NCBI GenBank assembly: GCA_965223345.1
Contig: CBDCWG010000012.1
Location: 2,944,001-3,008,000 of the forward strand
Direction of reading: 5' to 3'
Origin: Nitrospinales bacterium
Lineage (GTDB): Bacteria; Nitrospinota; Nitrospinia; Nitrospinales; VA-1
Length of the DNA: 64,000 nt
Shown here: one piece after another, positions 1-12,627 of the stretch
How the letters are laid out: each line of letters begins with the position of its first letter
Position numbering within the stretch: position 1 is the first letter of the stretch
Notes under the pieces: generated by a model
The model's input: only the letters and a program-made list of their open reading frames with translations
Told to the model about the DNA's origin: nothing
Database searches by the model: none
Position numbers and translations under genes: made by a program

Positions 1-1
1 G

Positions 2-283
2 ATCAAGGAACTGACCGACAAGCTGCAGGACACCAGCAAGCAGAAGGCGGCGGAAACGGAACTGCAAAAAGCCAAGCGGGAGATCAACACCCTCAAGGCC
101 GACAACAAAACCTACGAGAAAAAGATCAAGGATCTGGAAAAATCCTCCAGCCAGAAAGCCCAGCCCGTCGCCGCCGCGACGCAACGGAGGCGCGCCGCCC
201 CCAGTGCGATCAACCTGGAAGACATGGTGAGCGACATCGACACCCAGCGCAGCCTCGACGAAGAGAAGAAGGCGTTTCTCTAA
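2..283 (+). CDS. 3' end of a coiled-coil protein (partial, runs off the window start)
   Basis: Open frame 2 reads IKELTDKLQDTSKQKAAETELQKAKREINTLK...EEKKAFL* with TAA at 281-283; heptad-like K/E-rich sequence. Confidence 0.7.
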   Translation: MKELTDKLQDTSKQKAAETELQKAKREINTLKADNKTYEKKIKDLEKSSSQKAQPVAAATQRRRAAPSAINLEDMVSDIDTQRSLDEEKKAFL

Positions 284-292
284 ATTCTCCTT

Positions 293-2047
293 TTAAAACC
301 AGCCATAACCCAGTGTCAGTGCGCCGGGGCGGCGCGGGTCCGACGCGCCCTGGTAGTCCTTTTTCTTTTTGACGATCGACTGCGTCGCGCCCATCGGTTC
401 CCGCACGACGACGTTGTGTCCGCGCTCGCGCAGCGCTTGCAGCACGGCGTCGCTCAATCCCGGTTCCACCCGCAACTCATCCGGCAGCCATTGATGGTGC
501 ACGCGCAACGCGCCGGTCGCGGCGGCGATGTCCATGCCGTGGTCGATGACGTTGAGGATCACCTGCAATGTGGTGGTGATGATGCGGCTGCCGCCGGGGC
601 TGCCGGTGACGAGAACGGGTTTGCCTTTTTTGAACACGATGGTCGGGGACATGGAACTCAGGGGCCGCTTGCCCGGCTCGATGGCGTTGGCCTTGCCGCC
701 GATCAAACCGTAGGCGTTGGGCACGCCGGGCTTGGCGGAAAAATCGTCCATCTCGTTGTTCAGCAGGATTCCGGTGCCTTTCACCACGATTCCGGAGCCG
801 TAGGGGAAATTGAGCGTGTAGGTGTTGGACACGGCATTGCCCATTTTGTCCATAATGGAAAAGTGCGTGGTCTCGCGGCTTTCATAAGGAGCGGGCGCAC
901 CGGGAAATATGACCTCGGACGGCTTGGCGCGGGTGGGGTCGATCCTGCCGCGCAACTCGGCGGCGTATTCCTTGGATGTGAGCCCTTTCACCGGCACGTC
1001 CCAGAAATCCGGATCGCCCAGGTAGCGGCTGCGGTCGGCGTAGGCGAGTTTCATGGCTTCCGCCATCCAGTGCAGGGTCTCGGCGCTGTTGTGCTTGTGC
1101 AGGGAAACGGGAACAGACTCCAGGATGTTGAGGATCTGGATGATGTGGATGCCGCCGGAGCTGGGCGGCGGCATGGAGACGATTTCGTGGCCGCGATAGG
1201 TCCCGCGCACCGGTTCGCGGATGCGGGCGCGGTAGTTTTTCAGGTCCTCAAGATCGATGGCGCCGCCGTTGGCCTGCATCTGCGCGGCGATCTTCCGCGC
1301 GATGGCCCCTTCGTAAAAGGCCCGCGGCCCCTCCTCCGCGATGGCTTTCAGCGATGCAGCGAGATCCGCCTGAATCAGCACTTCCCCCACTTCGTAAGCA
1401 GACCCGTCCGGCTTGAAAAAGATCTCCGCCGACTGCGGCCAGTCCATGAAGCGGCTCTCATGCGCTTCCAGTGTGGCCTTGAGATGCGGGGTCACGACGA
1501 TCCCCTCCTCGGCCAGTTCGATCGCCGGCTCGAGCGCCTCTTTCAGGGACAGGGTGCCGTATTTTTCCAGCGCCAGCGCCAGCCCGGCGACGGTGCCCGG
1601 CACGCCGGCGGAAAGGTGCGTGTAACGGGAGCGGTTCTCCACCACCAGCTTGAAGTTGTCGAGGAACATGTCCCGGGTTGCGGCGGCGGGTGCGGTTTCC
1701 CGGTAGTCGATGGCGACGGTGTCGCCGGATTTGGCGTCGTGCACCAGCATGAATCCGCCGCCTCCCAGATTGCCGGCCTGCGGCAGGGTGACGGCCAGCG
1801 CGAACCCGACCGCCACCGCGGCGTCCACGGCGTTGCCGCCGTCTTTGAGGATTTCAAGTCCTACTTTGGAAGCGACCGCCTCCTGGGTGGACACCATGCC
1901 CTTCCTGGCGGAGACGAGCTTGGGAGCTTCCAGCACTGCGATCTTTTTTTCTTCCTTTGTGACTGAAGGCCCCGATCCGCAACCGGTGAAAACCAGCATC
2001 ACAAAAACAGCCACGATTTTACGGAGAGAGTGTCTTCGCATGCGCAT
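293..2047 (-). CDS. ggt: Gamma-glutamyltranspeptidase, probable lipoprotein
   Basis: GGNAVDAAVA, GNLGGGGF, DYRETAP, catalytic ETTHFS, LNNEMDDF, PLSSMSP and GSPGG motifs; lipobox-like VFTGC. Start placed at ATG 2047 (2041 also possible). Confidence 0.95.
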   Translation of the reverse strand: MRMRRHSLRKIVAVFVMLVFTGCGSGPSVTKEEKKIAVLEAPKLVSARKGMVSTQEAVASKVGLEILKDGGNAVDAAVAVGFALAVTLPQAGNLGGGGFMLVHDAKSGDTVAIDYRETAPAAATRDMFLDNFKLVVENRSRYTHLSAGVPGTVAGLALALEKYGTLSLKEALEPAIELAEEGIVVTPHLKATLEAHESRFMDWPQSAEIFFKPDGSAYEVGEVLIQADLAASLKAIAEEGPRAFYEGAIARKIAAQMQANGGAIDLEDLKNYRARIREPVRGTYRGHEIVSMPPPSSGGIHIIQILNILESVPVSLHKHNSAETLHWMAEAMKLAYADRSRYLGDPDFWDVPVKGLTSKEYAAELRGRIDPTRAKPSEVIFPGAPAPYESRETTHFSIMDKMGNAVSNTYTLNFPYGSGIVVKGTGILLNNEMDDFSAKPGVPNAYGLIGGKANAIEPGKRPLSSMSPTIVFKKGKPVLVTGSPGGSRIITTTLQVILNVIDHGMDIAAATGALRVHHQWLPDELRVEPGLSDAVLQALRERGHNVVVREPMGATQSIVKKKKDYQGASDPRRPGALTLGYGWF

Positions 2048-2216
2048 CCTTTGAATTGAGGGAAATCCCAGCATTGTACGATTTTTTCCCGCCGCTTCCA
2101 ACCGCTGCGGCGCGTTCCCGCCCTCACCGTGCCAACCACGCGCTCATTTGGGGTTGCGCCGCTGCGCGCATTGGGTCACTATGAACGTCGCTAACCGCAA
2201 TTTACAGGAGTGTCGC

Positions 2217-2822
2217 ATGCGTGCGCGTTTGATCGGGGTTCTGGTTCTGACCGCGGTGCTGGTGGCCGGTTGTACGGAGCTCAAAAAAAGGGCCTACGAC
2301 GGGTTCGGCGGCCGCGACAAATGGCAGCAGCCGGATCGGGTGATGCAGTCGCTGGCGATTGAGCGCGGCGACGCGGTGGCGGACCTGGGAGCCGGCGGCG
2401 GGTATTTCACGTTCTATCTTGCGGATGAAACCGGCCCGAAAGGCAGCGTGTACGCGGTAGACATCGATGCAGCGCTGCTGCAGGACATCGACGCCCGGGC
2501 CGAGCGCAAGGGCTACGGCCAGGTGCGCACCATCCTGGCCGCGGTGCACGATCCCAAACTGCCGGCGGACGGGGTGGACCTGATCTTCTCTTCCAACACC
2601 TTTCACCACCTGGTCAACCGTGTCGCCTACTTCGAAAGGGTGAAGGATTCCCTGCGGCCGGGCGGGCGCATCGCCATCATCGACTACAAGGGCGACGGCG
2701 AGCACGCGACGCCGGTGGAGACCATCCATACGGAAATGATCCAGGCGGGCTACAAACTGGATGAACGCTTCGATTTTCTGGAAAAGCAGAATTTCCAGAT
2801 TTTCTCCGTCGCGCAGCCGTGA
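2217..2822 (+). CDS. Class I SAM-dependent methyltransferase with lipoprotein signal
   Basis: VADLGAGGG motif I, YAVDID, LRPGGRIAIID; N-terminus MRARLIGVLVLTAVLVAGC; CAGGAG RBS before ATG 2217. Confidence 0.85.
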   Translation: MRARLIGVLVLTAVLVAGCTELKKRAYDGFGGRDKWQQPDRVMQSLAIERGDAVADLGAGGGYFTFYLADETGPKGSVYAVDIDAALLQDIDARAERKGYGQVRTILAAVHDPKLPADGVDLIFSSNTFHHLVNRVAYFERVKDSLRPGGRIAIIDYKGDGEHATPVETIHTEMIQAGYKLDERFDFLEKQNFQIFSVAQP

Positions 2823-2865
2823 CTCCCAACCGTCAACCGCATTTTCTCTTTAAGCCGAATCCCGG

Positions 2866-3294
2866 ATGATGGCCACATTCAGCGTCACAAAGACGATCGA
2901 TCTCAACGCGCCGGTTTCCACGGTGTGGCAGGCTTTGACCGACCCGGAAAAGGTAAAACAATATCTGGCGGGCGCGGATGTGGTGTCGGACTGGAAGGTG
3001 GGCAGTTCCATCGTCTACAGCGGCAACTTCAACGGGGTGGATTTCAGAGATGAAGGCGCAATCACTGTCCTCGATGCAAACGAACGGTTTCAGTACACAT
3101 ACTGGAGCGCCAATCACGGCACCGAGAATGTGAAAGCCAACCACGTCGTGCTCACCTATTCTCTGTCGGCGATCGGCTCAGGAACCCGGCTCACGGTGAC
3201 GCAGGAAAATTACCGGCTGCAAGAACTCGCTGAGGCCATGGGTCCGGTGTGGGATCTGATTCTGGGAAACCTGAAGGAACTGGTCGAAGAATAA
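2866..3294 (+). CDS. SRPBCC/AHSA1 (START-like) domain protein
   Basis: IDLNAPVSTVWQALTDPE...W and C-terminal helix WDLILGNLKELVE. Confidence 0.85.
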   Translation: MMATFSVTKTIDLNAPVSTVWQALTDPEKVKQYLAGADVVSDWKVGSSIVYSGNFNGVDFRDEGAITVLDANERFQYTYWSANHGTENVKANHVVLTYSLSAIGSGTRLTVTQENYRLQELAEAMGPVWDLILGNLKELVEE

Positions 3295-3623
3295 AAACAA
3301 GGACTTGCTAACCGTCCCTCTGCCAGCGGCGCTTCACTCAAAAAAACTTCCAGACTCATATATCTTCCCGCCTTAAAGTTTGCGCCCGTTCTGCCGTTAA
3401 TAACTTCAAATGGGTGCATTTCCCGCCCGGCTTTCAACCCTTCTTTGAGTCTGGATATGGAAAAAGTCAAGGTAAGCTATCCCATCGTTCCCACCCCCGA
3501 ATCCGACGGAACCTCGCAGTTCATCGTGAAGACCATCGCCGCTTCCATTTGCGGAGCGTCCATCCCGGCGGTCATCTTTTATTTTCTCATGTGACCGCAG
3601 GCCCCCTATAAACCAGGATCGGT

Positions 3624-4268
3624 TCACGCCTGTTTTGTCTTTTCCTCGCAGTCGAACGTGGTTTCCGAGGTCCAGTTGACCTTGATGTATTCCGGGAACT
3701 GGGTCGTGTTGTCCACCTGCGTGCTTTTCAATTCCTCACAGGTCAGTTTCCGCACGTAGCGCAGATCCGCCCCCTGCAGCAGGGCCCCCTTCAAATTAGC
3801 GCCTTCCAGGTTGCAGCCTTTCAGGCTGGCGGCCCGGAGATCGGCGTTTTCCAGGTTGCATTCCTGCAAATGCGCTTGGCCGAGCTTGGCTTCCTGAAAG
3901 TTCACCCCGCTCAAATCCGCCTGCCTGAGGTTGGCTTTCATCAAAAAACTTTCGCGGAAATTGGCGTTTTTGCAGTTGGCGCCGCGCAGGAAGGTGCCCT
4001 GCATTTTGGCCCTGCGGAAAAACGCGTTCGTGCAGTTGGTGCGCGACAGGTTGGCGCCGAAAAAATCCGCACCGCTGAGGTTGGCGTTGCTCAAATCGGC
4101 GCGTTCGAGATTGGCGCCGCTGAAATTGCCCTCGCTGAAGAATCCGTCGCTCAGGTTCGCACCGCGCAGGTCGCCACGGCTGAGATCGATTTTTTTCAAC
4201 TCGGCGGCGCTCAAATCCGCCCCCTTCAGTTTCTCCTTCGATATCTCCAGCTTTTTGCGTTCCAGCAT
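3624..4268 (-). CDS. Pentapeptide-repeat protein
   Basis: Tandem A(D/N)LxG pentapeptides over about 160 aa. Confidence 0.9.
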   Translation of the reverse strand: MLERKKLEISKEKLKGADLSAAELKKIDLSRGDLRGANLSDGFFSEGNFSGANLERADLSNANLSGADFFGANLSRTNCTNAFFRRAKMQGTFLRGANCKNANFRESFLMKANLRQADLSGVNFQEAKLGQAHLQECNLENADLRAASLKGCNLEGANLKGALLQGADLRYVRKLTCEELKSTQVDNTTQFPEYIKVNWTSETTFDCEEKTKQA

Positions 4269-4360
4269 GATTTCCTTTCAGCGCCGGGCTGCCGTTCCCC
4301 GGAGTGGATTTGTGTTCGACGGCTAAGTGTTTACGGGGGGCCGATTTTCGCAGCGGGATC

Positions 4361-4369
4361 TGCTATAAT
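4361..4369 (+). promoter_or_regulatory. Extended -10 promoter element (TGcTATAAT)
   Basis: Exact TGnTATAAT about 100 bp upstream of the ORF at 4471. Confidence 0.5.
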
Positions 4370-4470
4370 CCTAGCACATTTGCGGGATCATTCCCCGATG
4401 CGACGCAATTCGCTGTTCACCGACTGACTCATCCGGACCGCTCCGGTCCAACGAACTTGGAATCGAAACC

Positions 4471-5022
4471 ATGAGCAAACATCACGACGTTGTCCTGCAC
4501 GACATCCGGGAATCGATCCGGGAAACCATTTTCCGCGCCCACCGCTTCGGCGGGCCGATGGCTGTGGAAGTGGATTCGATGTATTACGGCCTCGGCCTGG
4601 TGGTGTGCCAGGGATTTCTGGAACGGGAGATGAACAAGCTGTACCCGGCGCCGGCGCCGGAAAAAATGCCCGCCAAGATGCCGGACTTCACCTCAAAGCC
4701 TGCTGTTCCGCTGATCGACTTCTGGCATTACAAATGCGACCGCGAGGGCAACTGGTACGGCTGGGACGAGTTGACGAACGCCTACCGGCTGCGCTATTGC
4801 TTCGCGCCCAGCAACGGGGCGACGGCGGCCCACCTGGCCAAAATCAAAACATTCCACAAAGCCATGAACGCCGGTAAAATCCGCGACAAAACCGGAAAGA
4901 CGGTGCGCCCCTATTTCGACCTGAACGGGGACAAATTGCCGCTGCTGCACATGGGGGCCGTCGAGCGCCTCACCACCCTGACCGGCGAGCTGATCCGCCA
5001 CGCGGAAAAAGCGGTGGAGTAG
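4471..5022 (+). CDS. Hypothetical protein (183 aa)
   Basis: Clean ORF filling the gap, coding-like codon usage, upstream extended -10; no family recognised. Confidence 0.7.
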   Translation: MSKHHDVVLHDIRESIRETIFRAHRFGGPMAVEVDSMYYGLGLVVCQGFLEREMNKLYPAPAPEKMPAKMPDFTSKPAVPLIDFWHYKCDREGNWYGWDELTNAYRLRYCFAPSNGATAAHLAKIKTFHKAMNAGKIRDKTGKTVRPYFDLNGDKLPLLHMGAVERLTTLTGELIRHAEKAVE

Positions 5023-5049
5023 CAAAGCACTTCACCCGCACACTCCGGC

Positions 5050-5886
5050 TCAGCGTTTGACCTCCACCTTGAGGAACACGCTGCGCGTTTCCTTTTTCAC
5101 GACGCGCCCGTGCCTGAGGATCCCCGTCTGCACGCGGCTGGCCTGATCGGTCAGGGCGCTCACTTCGATCCATTCTCCCAGTTCGCCGCTCACGGTGGTG
5201 ATCGTCTCCTGCGTGTGCATCCGGCTCGCCGACTGGGTGGAATGCACCGGGTTGACTTCCACCGTGACGGTCGTTCCGGAAAGGCGCGGGATCAGCGTCA
5301 CACCGGTCACCGCTTCGCGCCGCGAAAAGGACGGGCCGGCGGCGCCGCGCGATTCGTTGGCGATGTAGGTGCTCTCGGAAAGGTGGATCTCGGCCGGGCG
5401 GCCTTCCAGAGTGGTGACGGTCTGGGTGCTCATGGCACTGCCGGACGCGTCCTTGCGAGAAACGCGGCCCTCAATCTCACCGTCGCCGACGCTGCCGGAA
5501 ACGGCGATCCCTCCGGTCCCGCCTGGGGATGGGGGAACGGACACGCGACCGCCGCTGCCGATCGGCACATCGGCGGCGATTTCGGCGCGCTCCTGCACGA
5601 GATCGCTCTTCAAACCCTGCTTGACGGTGATGGAAAGCTGGATGGGCGGAGCGTCGAGCGTGCGGACGATTTCGGCGATGGTTTGCAGGTTTTCCGGCGT
5701 GGTGCGCACGACGAGCTGATTGCGGATGCCCGTCACCCTGCCCTGCCCCGCAAGCAACGGTTCGATCACCGGCACCAGCTCCGCCGCCTGACGGTGATTG
5801 AGGGAAAAGATTTTGTTTTTCATCTGGGCCTGGGCAACGGCGGGCAGCAAGAAAACAAGCAGCACGATCCAAACCGTTTTTAGCAT
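5050..5886 (-). CDS. Secretin N-domain (NolW-like) short outer-membrane protein
   Basis: Signal peptide MLKTVWIVLLVFLLPAVAQA; LNHRQAAELVPVIEPLL, NQLVVRTTPENL..IAEIVRTLDAP; GGAGGAG RBS before ATG 5886. Confidence 0.7.
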   Translation of the reverse strand: MLKTVWIVLLVFLLPAVAQAQMKNKIFSLNHRQAAELVPVIEPLLAGQGRVTGIRNQLVVRTTPENLQTIAEIVRTLDAPPIQLSITVKQGLKSDLVQERAEIAADVPIGSGGRVSVPPSPGGTGGIAVSGSVGDGEIEGRVSRKDASGSAMSTQTVTTLEGRPAEIHLSESTYIANESRGAAGPSFSRREAVTGVTLIPRLSGTTVTVEVNPVHSTQSASRMHTQETITTVSGELGEWIEVSALTDQASRVQTGILRHGRVVKKETRSVFLKVEVKR

Positions 5887-5921
5887 CGTCTCCTCCGGTT
5901 CAGCGCGTTTGAGCGGTTGCG

Positions 5922-8594
5922 TCAATGCACCTCGTTCCAGTTGTTTCCCCACCCCATGTCCACGACCAGCGGGACAGAGAATTTGTACACGCCTTCCATC
6001 TCCTGTTTCACCAGATCCTGAATCGCCTTTTTCTCGCCGGGCGGGCATTCGAACACCAGCTCGTCGTGCACCTGCAGGATCATGCGCGATTTCATTTTTT
6101 TCTTCGCCAGTTTGTTCGACAGGTTGATCATCGCCAGCTTGATGAGATCGGCGGCGCTGCCCTGTATGGGCGAATTGATAGCGATGCGTTCCGCCGCCTC
6201 GCGCACCTGCCGGTTCTTGCTGTTGATGTCGGGCAGGCTGCGGCGGCGGTTCATCAGGGTGGTCGTGTAGCCGTTGGTGCGCGCCTGCTCGATGGTCTGC
6301 TCCATGTAGATCTTGACGTTCTTGTACAGGGCGAAATACTGATCGATGAAATCGCGCGCTTCCTTCGGCGTGATCTTGAGCTGCCTTGAGAGGCCGAAGG
6401 CGCTGAGCCCGTACACGATGCCGAAGTTCACCGCCTTGGCCATGCGCCGGTTCTCTTGATCGACCGCATCGAGAGCGGTGCCGAAGATCTCCGCCGCGGT
6501 GCGGTTGTGGATGTCCTCGCCTTTCTTGAACGCGCGGATCAACGCCTCATCTTCGGAGAGATGTGCAAGGATGCGCAGCTCGATCTGCGAATAGTCGGCC
6601 GAAAGCAGTTTGCCGCTGCCTTCCGAGATGAAGGCCTTGCGGATCTCCTTGCCCATGTCCGAGCGGATGGGAATGTTCTGCAAATTGGGATCGCTGCTGC
6701 TCAACCGGCCGGTGGCCGCGACGGTCTGGTTGAAGGAGGTGTGCACGCGGCCGGTTTTCTCATAGATCTCTTCGGGCAGCGTGTCCACGTAGGTGGATTT
6801 CAGTTTTCCGAGCTGGCGGTAGGCGAGGATCTTTTCCGGCAGGGCGTGCTGCAGCGCCAGTTCCTCCAGCACCGAAACGTCGGTGGAGTAGCCGGTCTTG
6901 GTTTTCTTGACGACCGGCAGCTTGAGCTTTTCGAACAGGATCACCGAGAGCTGCTTGGGCGAATTGATGTTGAAACTTTCTCCGGCGAGCGAATGGATTT
7001 CGGTCTCGTAATTCTGCAACCGCTCGCCCATTTTTTTGGAAAGCGCGGCCAGGTGTTTTTTGTCGAGGAACACGCCGTTCATTTCCATCTCGGCCAGAAC
7101 CTCGAGCAGCGGCATCTCGATCGTGTCGAACAACTCCCGCAATCCATCCTTGAGCCGGGGAGCCAGTTTTTGGAACAGCCGCCAGGTGATGTCGGAATCC
7201 TCGGCGGCGTATTCGGTGGCTCTCTCGATTTCGACTTCATCGAAGCCGATCTGTTTCTGGCCGGTGCCGGCGACTTCCTTGTAGGTGATGGTCTTGTGGT
7301 TGAACAACTCCCAGGCGAGGTCGTCGAGGCTGTGGCCGCGCCGCGAGGGGTCGAGGACGTAGGAGGCGAGCATGGTGTCGAAGGAGATGCCCTTGAGATC
7401 GATGCCCTCGTTTTTGAGAACGATGAGGTCGTATTTGATGTTGTGGCCGACCTTTTTCAACTTCGGGTTTTCCAGCAGCGGTTTGAGTTTTTCGAACACC
7501 TTCTTTTTATCGAGCTGTTCGGGCACGCCCAGGTAGCGGTGCGTCAGCGGCAGGTAACAGGCCTCGCCCTCTTTCCAGGAAAACGAGATCCCCACCGTCT
7601 CGGCCTGCACCGGGTGCAGGCTGGTGGTTTCCAGATCGAGCGCGAACTCGCCGGCGGCTTTGAGATCCTTGAGGCACCGGTTGAACGCTTTTTCAGTGAG
7701 AATCGTCTCGTATGTGTTTGACGCCCGTTCGGGCTTGCCGTTGGTTTCGGGGATCAGCGTGGTGAATTCCAGCTCGGTGAACAGTTTGACCAGCGCGTCG
7801 GTGTCCGCTTCCTGGACCTTGAGATCCTCGACGCTGCAATCGAGCTTCACCGCCGTGTCGATGGTCACCAGTTTGCGGCTCAGCAGCGCATTTTCTTTGT
7901 CGGTTTCCAGTTTTTCCTTGAGCTTTTTCTTTTCGATCTCATCGAGTTTTTTGTACAGGCCCTCGATCGAGCCGTATTTCTGGATCAGCTCGGTGGCGGT
8001 CTTGGGACCCACGCCCTTGACGCCGGGGATGTGATCGCTGGAGTCGCCCATGAGCCCCATCACCTCGATGACTTTGTCGGGGCCGACGCCGAATTTTTCC
8101 TCGACCTCTTTCTTGCGGAACGTCTTGTCCTTCATCGTGTCGAGCATGCGCACGCCCGGCCCGATCAGCTGCATCATGTCCTTGTCGCCGCTCACGATCA
8201 CCACGTCCATCCCCTTCTCCACGCCCATTCTGGCGAGCGTGCCGATGATGTCGTCGGCCTCGATACCGGGGATGCGCAGGCTCTTGATGTTGTGCGCCTC
8301 GACCAGCGGCTCGAAATAGGGAAACTGCTGGCCCAGGTCCTCGGGCGGAACGTCGCGGTTGGCCTTGTATTCGGGATACATCTCGTGGCGGAAGGTCTTC
8401 TCCTTGCTGTCGAACGCCACGGCCAGGTAGTCGGGCTTCTCCTCCCGCACCACCTTGGTGAGCATGTTGACGAAGCCGAACAGGGCGTTGGTCGGCAGGC
8501 CCTTGGAGTTGGACAGGTTCTGGCGGATGCCGTAATACGCCCGGAAAATGTAGGAGGAACCGTCGATGAGGTAGAGCGTCGGTTTTGCGGTCAT
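5922..8594 (-). CDS. polA: DNA polymerase I
   Basis: 5'-3' exonuclease LIDGSSYIFRAYY, 3'-5' exonuclease LDLETT, polymerase motifs ADYSQIELR, AKAVNFGIVYG, LQVHDELV. Confidence 0.99.
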   Translation of the reverse strand: MTAKPTLYLIDGSSYIFRAYYGIRQNLSNSKGLPTNALFGFVNMLTKVVREEKPDYLAVAFDSKEKTFRHEMYPEYKANRDVPPEDLGQQFPYFEPLVEAHNIKSLRIPGIEADDIIGTLARMGVEKGMDVVIVSGDKDMMQLIGPGVRMLDTMKDKTFRKKEVEEKFGVGPDKVIEVMGLMGDSSDHIPGVKGVGPKTATELIQKYGSIEGLYKKLDEIEKKKLKEKLETDKENALLSRKLVTIDTAVKLDCSVEDLKVQEADTDALVKLFTELEFTTLIPETNGKPERASNTYETILTEKAFNRCLKDLKAAGEFALDLETTSLHPVQAETVGISFSWKEGEACYLPLTHRYLGVPEQLDKKKVFEKLKPLLENPKLKKVGHNIKYDLIVLKNEGIDLKGISFDTMLASYVLDPSRRGHSLDDLAWELFNHKTITYKEVAGTGQKQIGFDEVEIERATEYAAEDSDITWRLFQKLAPRLKDGLRELFDTIEMPLLEVLAEMEMNGVFLDKKHLAALSKKMGERLQNYETEIHSLAGESFNINSPKQLSVILFEKLKLPVVKKTKTGYSTDVSVLEELALQHALPEKILAYRQLGKLKSTYVDTLPEEIYEKTGRVHTSFNQTVAATGRLSSSDPNLQNIPIRSDMGKEIRKAFISEGSGKLLSADYSQIELRILAHLSEDEALIRAFKKGEDIHNRTAAEIFGTALDAVDQENRRMAKAVNFGIVYGLSAFGLSRQLKITPKEARDFIDQYFALYKNVKIYMEQTIEQARTNGYTTTLMNRRRSLPDINSKNRQVREAAERIAINSPIQGSAADLIKLAMINLSNKLAKKKMKSRMILQVHDELVFECPPGEKKAIQDLVKQEMEGVYKFSVPLVVDMGWGNNWNEVH

Positions 8595-8645
8595 GGACTC
8601 GTGTGGGGCCGGAGGCAGGGGGGATTCCCTTTATGCCGGGGTTTC

Positions 8646-8691
8646 ATTATAGGGGCGGCGCGTTGCCGGATTCAACGGATTATGCTATCAT
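8646..8691. promoter_or_regulatory. Overlapping divergent sigma70 promoters for polA and kdsD
   Basis: Plus strand: TTGCCG(8663-8668)-N17-TATCAT(8686-8691) with TG extension. Minus strand: TTGAAT(8675-8670)-N18-TATAAT(8651-8646). Confidence 0.55.
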
Positions 8692-8738
8692 GACTGGGAG
8701 AAACTGGCCAAAAACTATTGTAAATAAAGGAGATTTCT

Positions 8739-9755
8739 TTGAATCGCCGCAGCGCGCACGCTCTCAAGTCCCCCGACAGGCAAACGCAGGACCGCTCGCT
8801 CATCGACCGGGCCCGGCAGGTGCTTCAGGTCGAAAGCGAATCCATCGCCGATCTGATCGAGCGCATCGACGCGCCGTTCGCCGAGGTGGTGCGGGCGCTG
8901 GATGCCTGCAAAGGGCATGTCGTGGTCACCGGCATCGGCAAATCCGGCCTCATCGGCGCCAAGATCGCCGCGACGTTTTCCAGCATCGGGCTGCCGGCTG
9001 TTTTTCTGCATGCGGCGGAAGCGAGCCACGGCGACGTGGGCGTGCTGGCGCCCGGAGACCTGGTGCTGGCAATCTCCAACAGCGGCGAGACCGAAGAGAT
9101 CGTGCGGCTGCTGCCGACCCTCAACCGGCTGCGCTGCCCGCTGGTGGGCCTGATCGGCAATGCCGATTCCACGCTCGCCCGGCGCTGCGATTTTGTGCTC
9201 AACACGTCGGTGAAGGCAGAGGCCTGCTCGATGGGCCTGGTGCCCACCGCCAGCACCACCGCGGCCCTGGCCATGGGCGACGCGCTGGCGATGGCGCTGC
9301 TGGATCTGCGCGGCCTGCGCGAGGAGGATTTCGCGCTCAACCATCCCGGCGGCAGCCTGGGACGCAAACTGCTGATGACGGTGGCGGACCTGATGCACCG
9401 CGGCAGCGGCATCCCGACCGTCACCGAAAACGCCGACATTTTCGAGGTGCTCAAGGAGATGAGCGACAAGCGGCTGGGGACGACCTGCGTGGTGGACCTG
9501 AAAGGACGGCTGAAAGGGATCATCACGGATGGGGACCTCAGGAGGCTGATCGAGCGGAAAAAAGATATCTCCGAGGCCATCGCCTGTGATTTAATGGGCA
9601 CCGATCCCAAGTGCATCGGAAAGGACGATCTGGCCGCGAAGGCGGTGCAGGTCATGGAGACGCATGCCATCACCTCCCTGGTGGTTTCGGAAGACGGTAA
9701 AACCATAGACGGTATCATTCACCTGCATGATTTGCTGAAGGCCGGCATCGTTTGA
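8739..9755 (+). CDS. kdsD: Arabinose-5-phosphate isomerase, KpsF/GutQ family (SIS + 2 CBS)
   Basis: VTGIGKSG, EASHGDVG, SNSGET, PTASTT, HPGGSLG, GIITDGDLRR. Confidence 0.95.
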   Translation: MNRRSAHALKSPDRQTQDRSLIDRARQVLQVESESIADLIERIDAPFAEVVRALDACKGHVVVTGIGKSGLIGAKIAATFSSIGLPAVFLHAAEASHGDVGVLAPGDLVLAISNSGETEEIVRLLPTLNRLRCPLVGLIGNADSTLARRCDFVLNTSVKAEACSMGLVPTASTTAALAMGDALAMALLDLRGLREEDFALNHPGGSLGRKLLMTVADLMHRGSGIPTVTENADIFEVLKEMSDKRLGTTCVVDLKGRLKGIITDGDLRRLIERKKDISEAIACDLMGTDPKCIGKDDLAAKAVQVMETHAITSLVVSEDGKTIDGIIHLHDLLKAGIV

Positions 9756-9842
9756 TTTCAAAGTGCCGCGCCGCCCCTCCCCTCTTTCGATTCCCATCGC
9801 CGGAACGGATCGCTTGCGTTTTTCTCAAAGAAATGGATTAGC

Positions 9843-12479
<2,637 letters not shown>

Positions 12480-12627
12480 TTCCGGCTCCGGGAGCCCCTC
12501 GAGAGGACCGACCGCATTTACCGTTGCAGTCGCGGCGCAAGTCCGATACCCTGAGTCGAATCGAAAGCGAAACACCAGGAATGGGAAATGCAAACCGGTT
12601 GCCCGTTCGGGCCGGGAAGGAAAAGCA

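Noticed and set aside
416..1966. 516-aa plus-strand ORF
   Set aside because: Antisense shadow of ggt; the same applies to the other overlapping alternative-frame ORFs in the track
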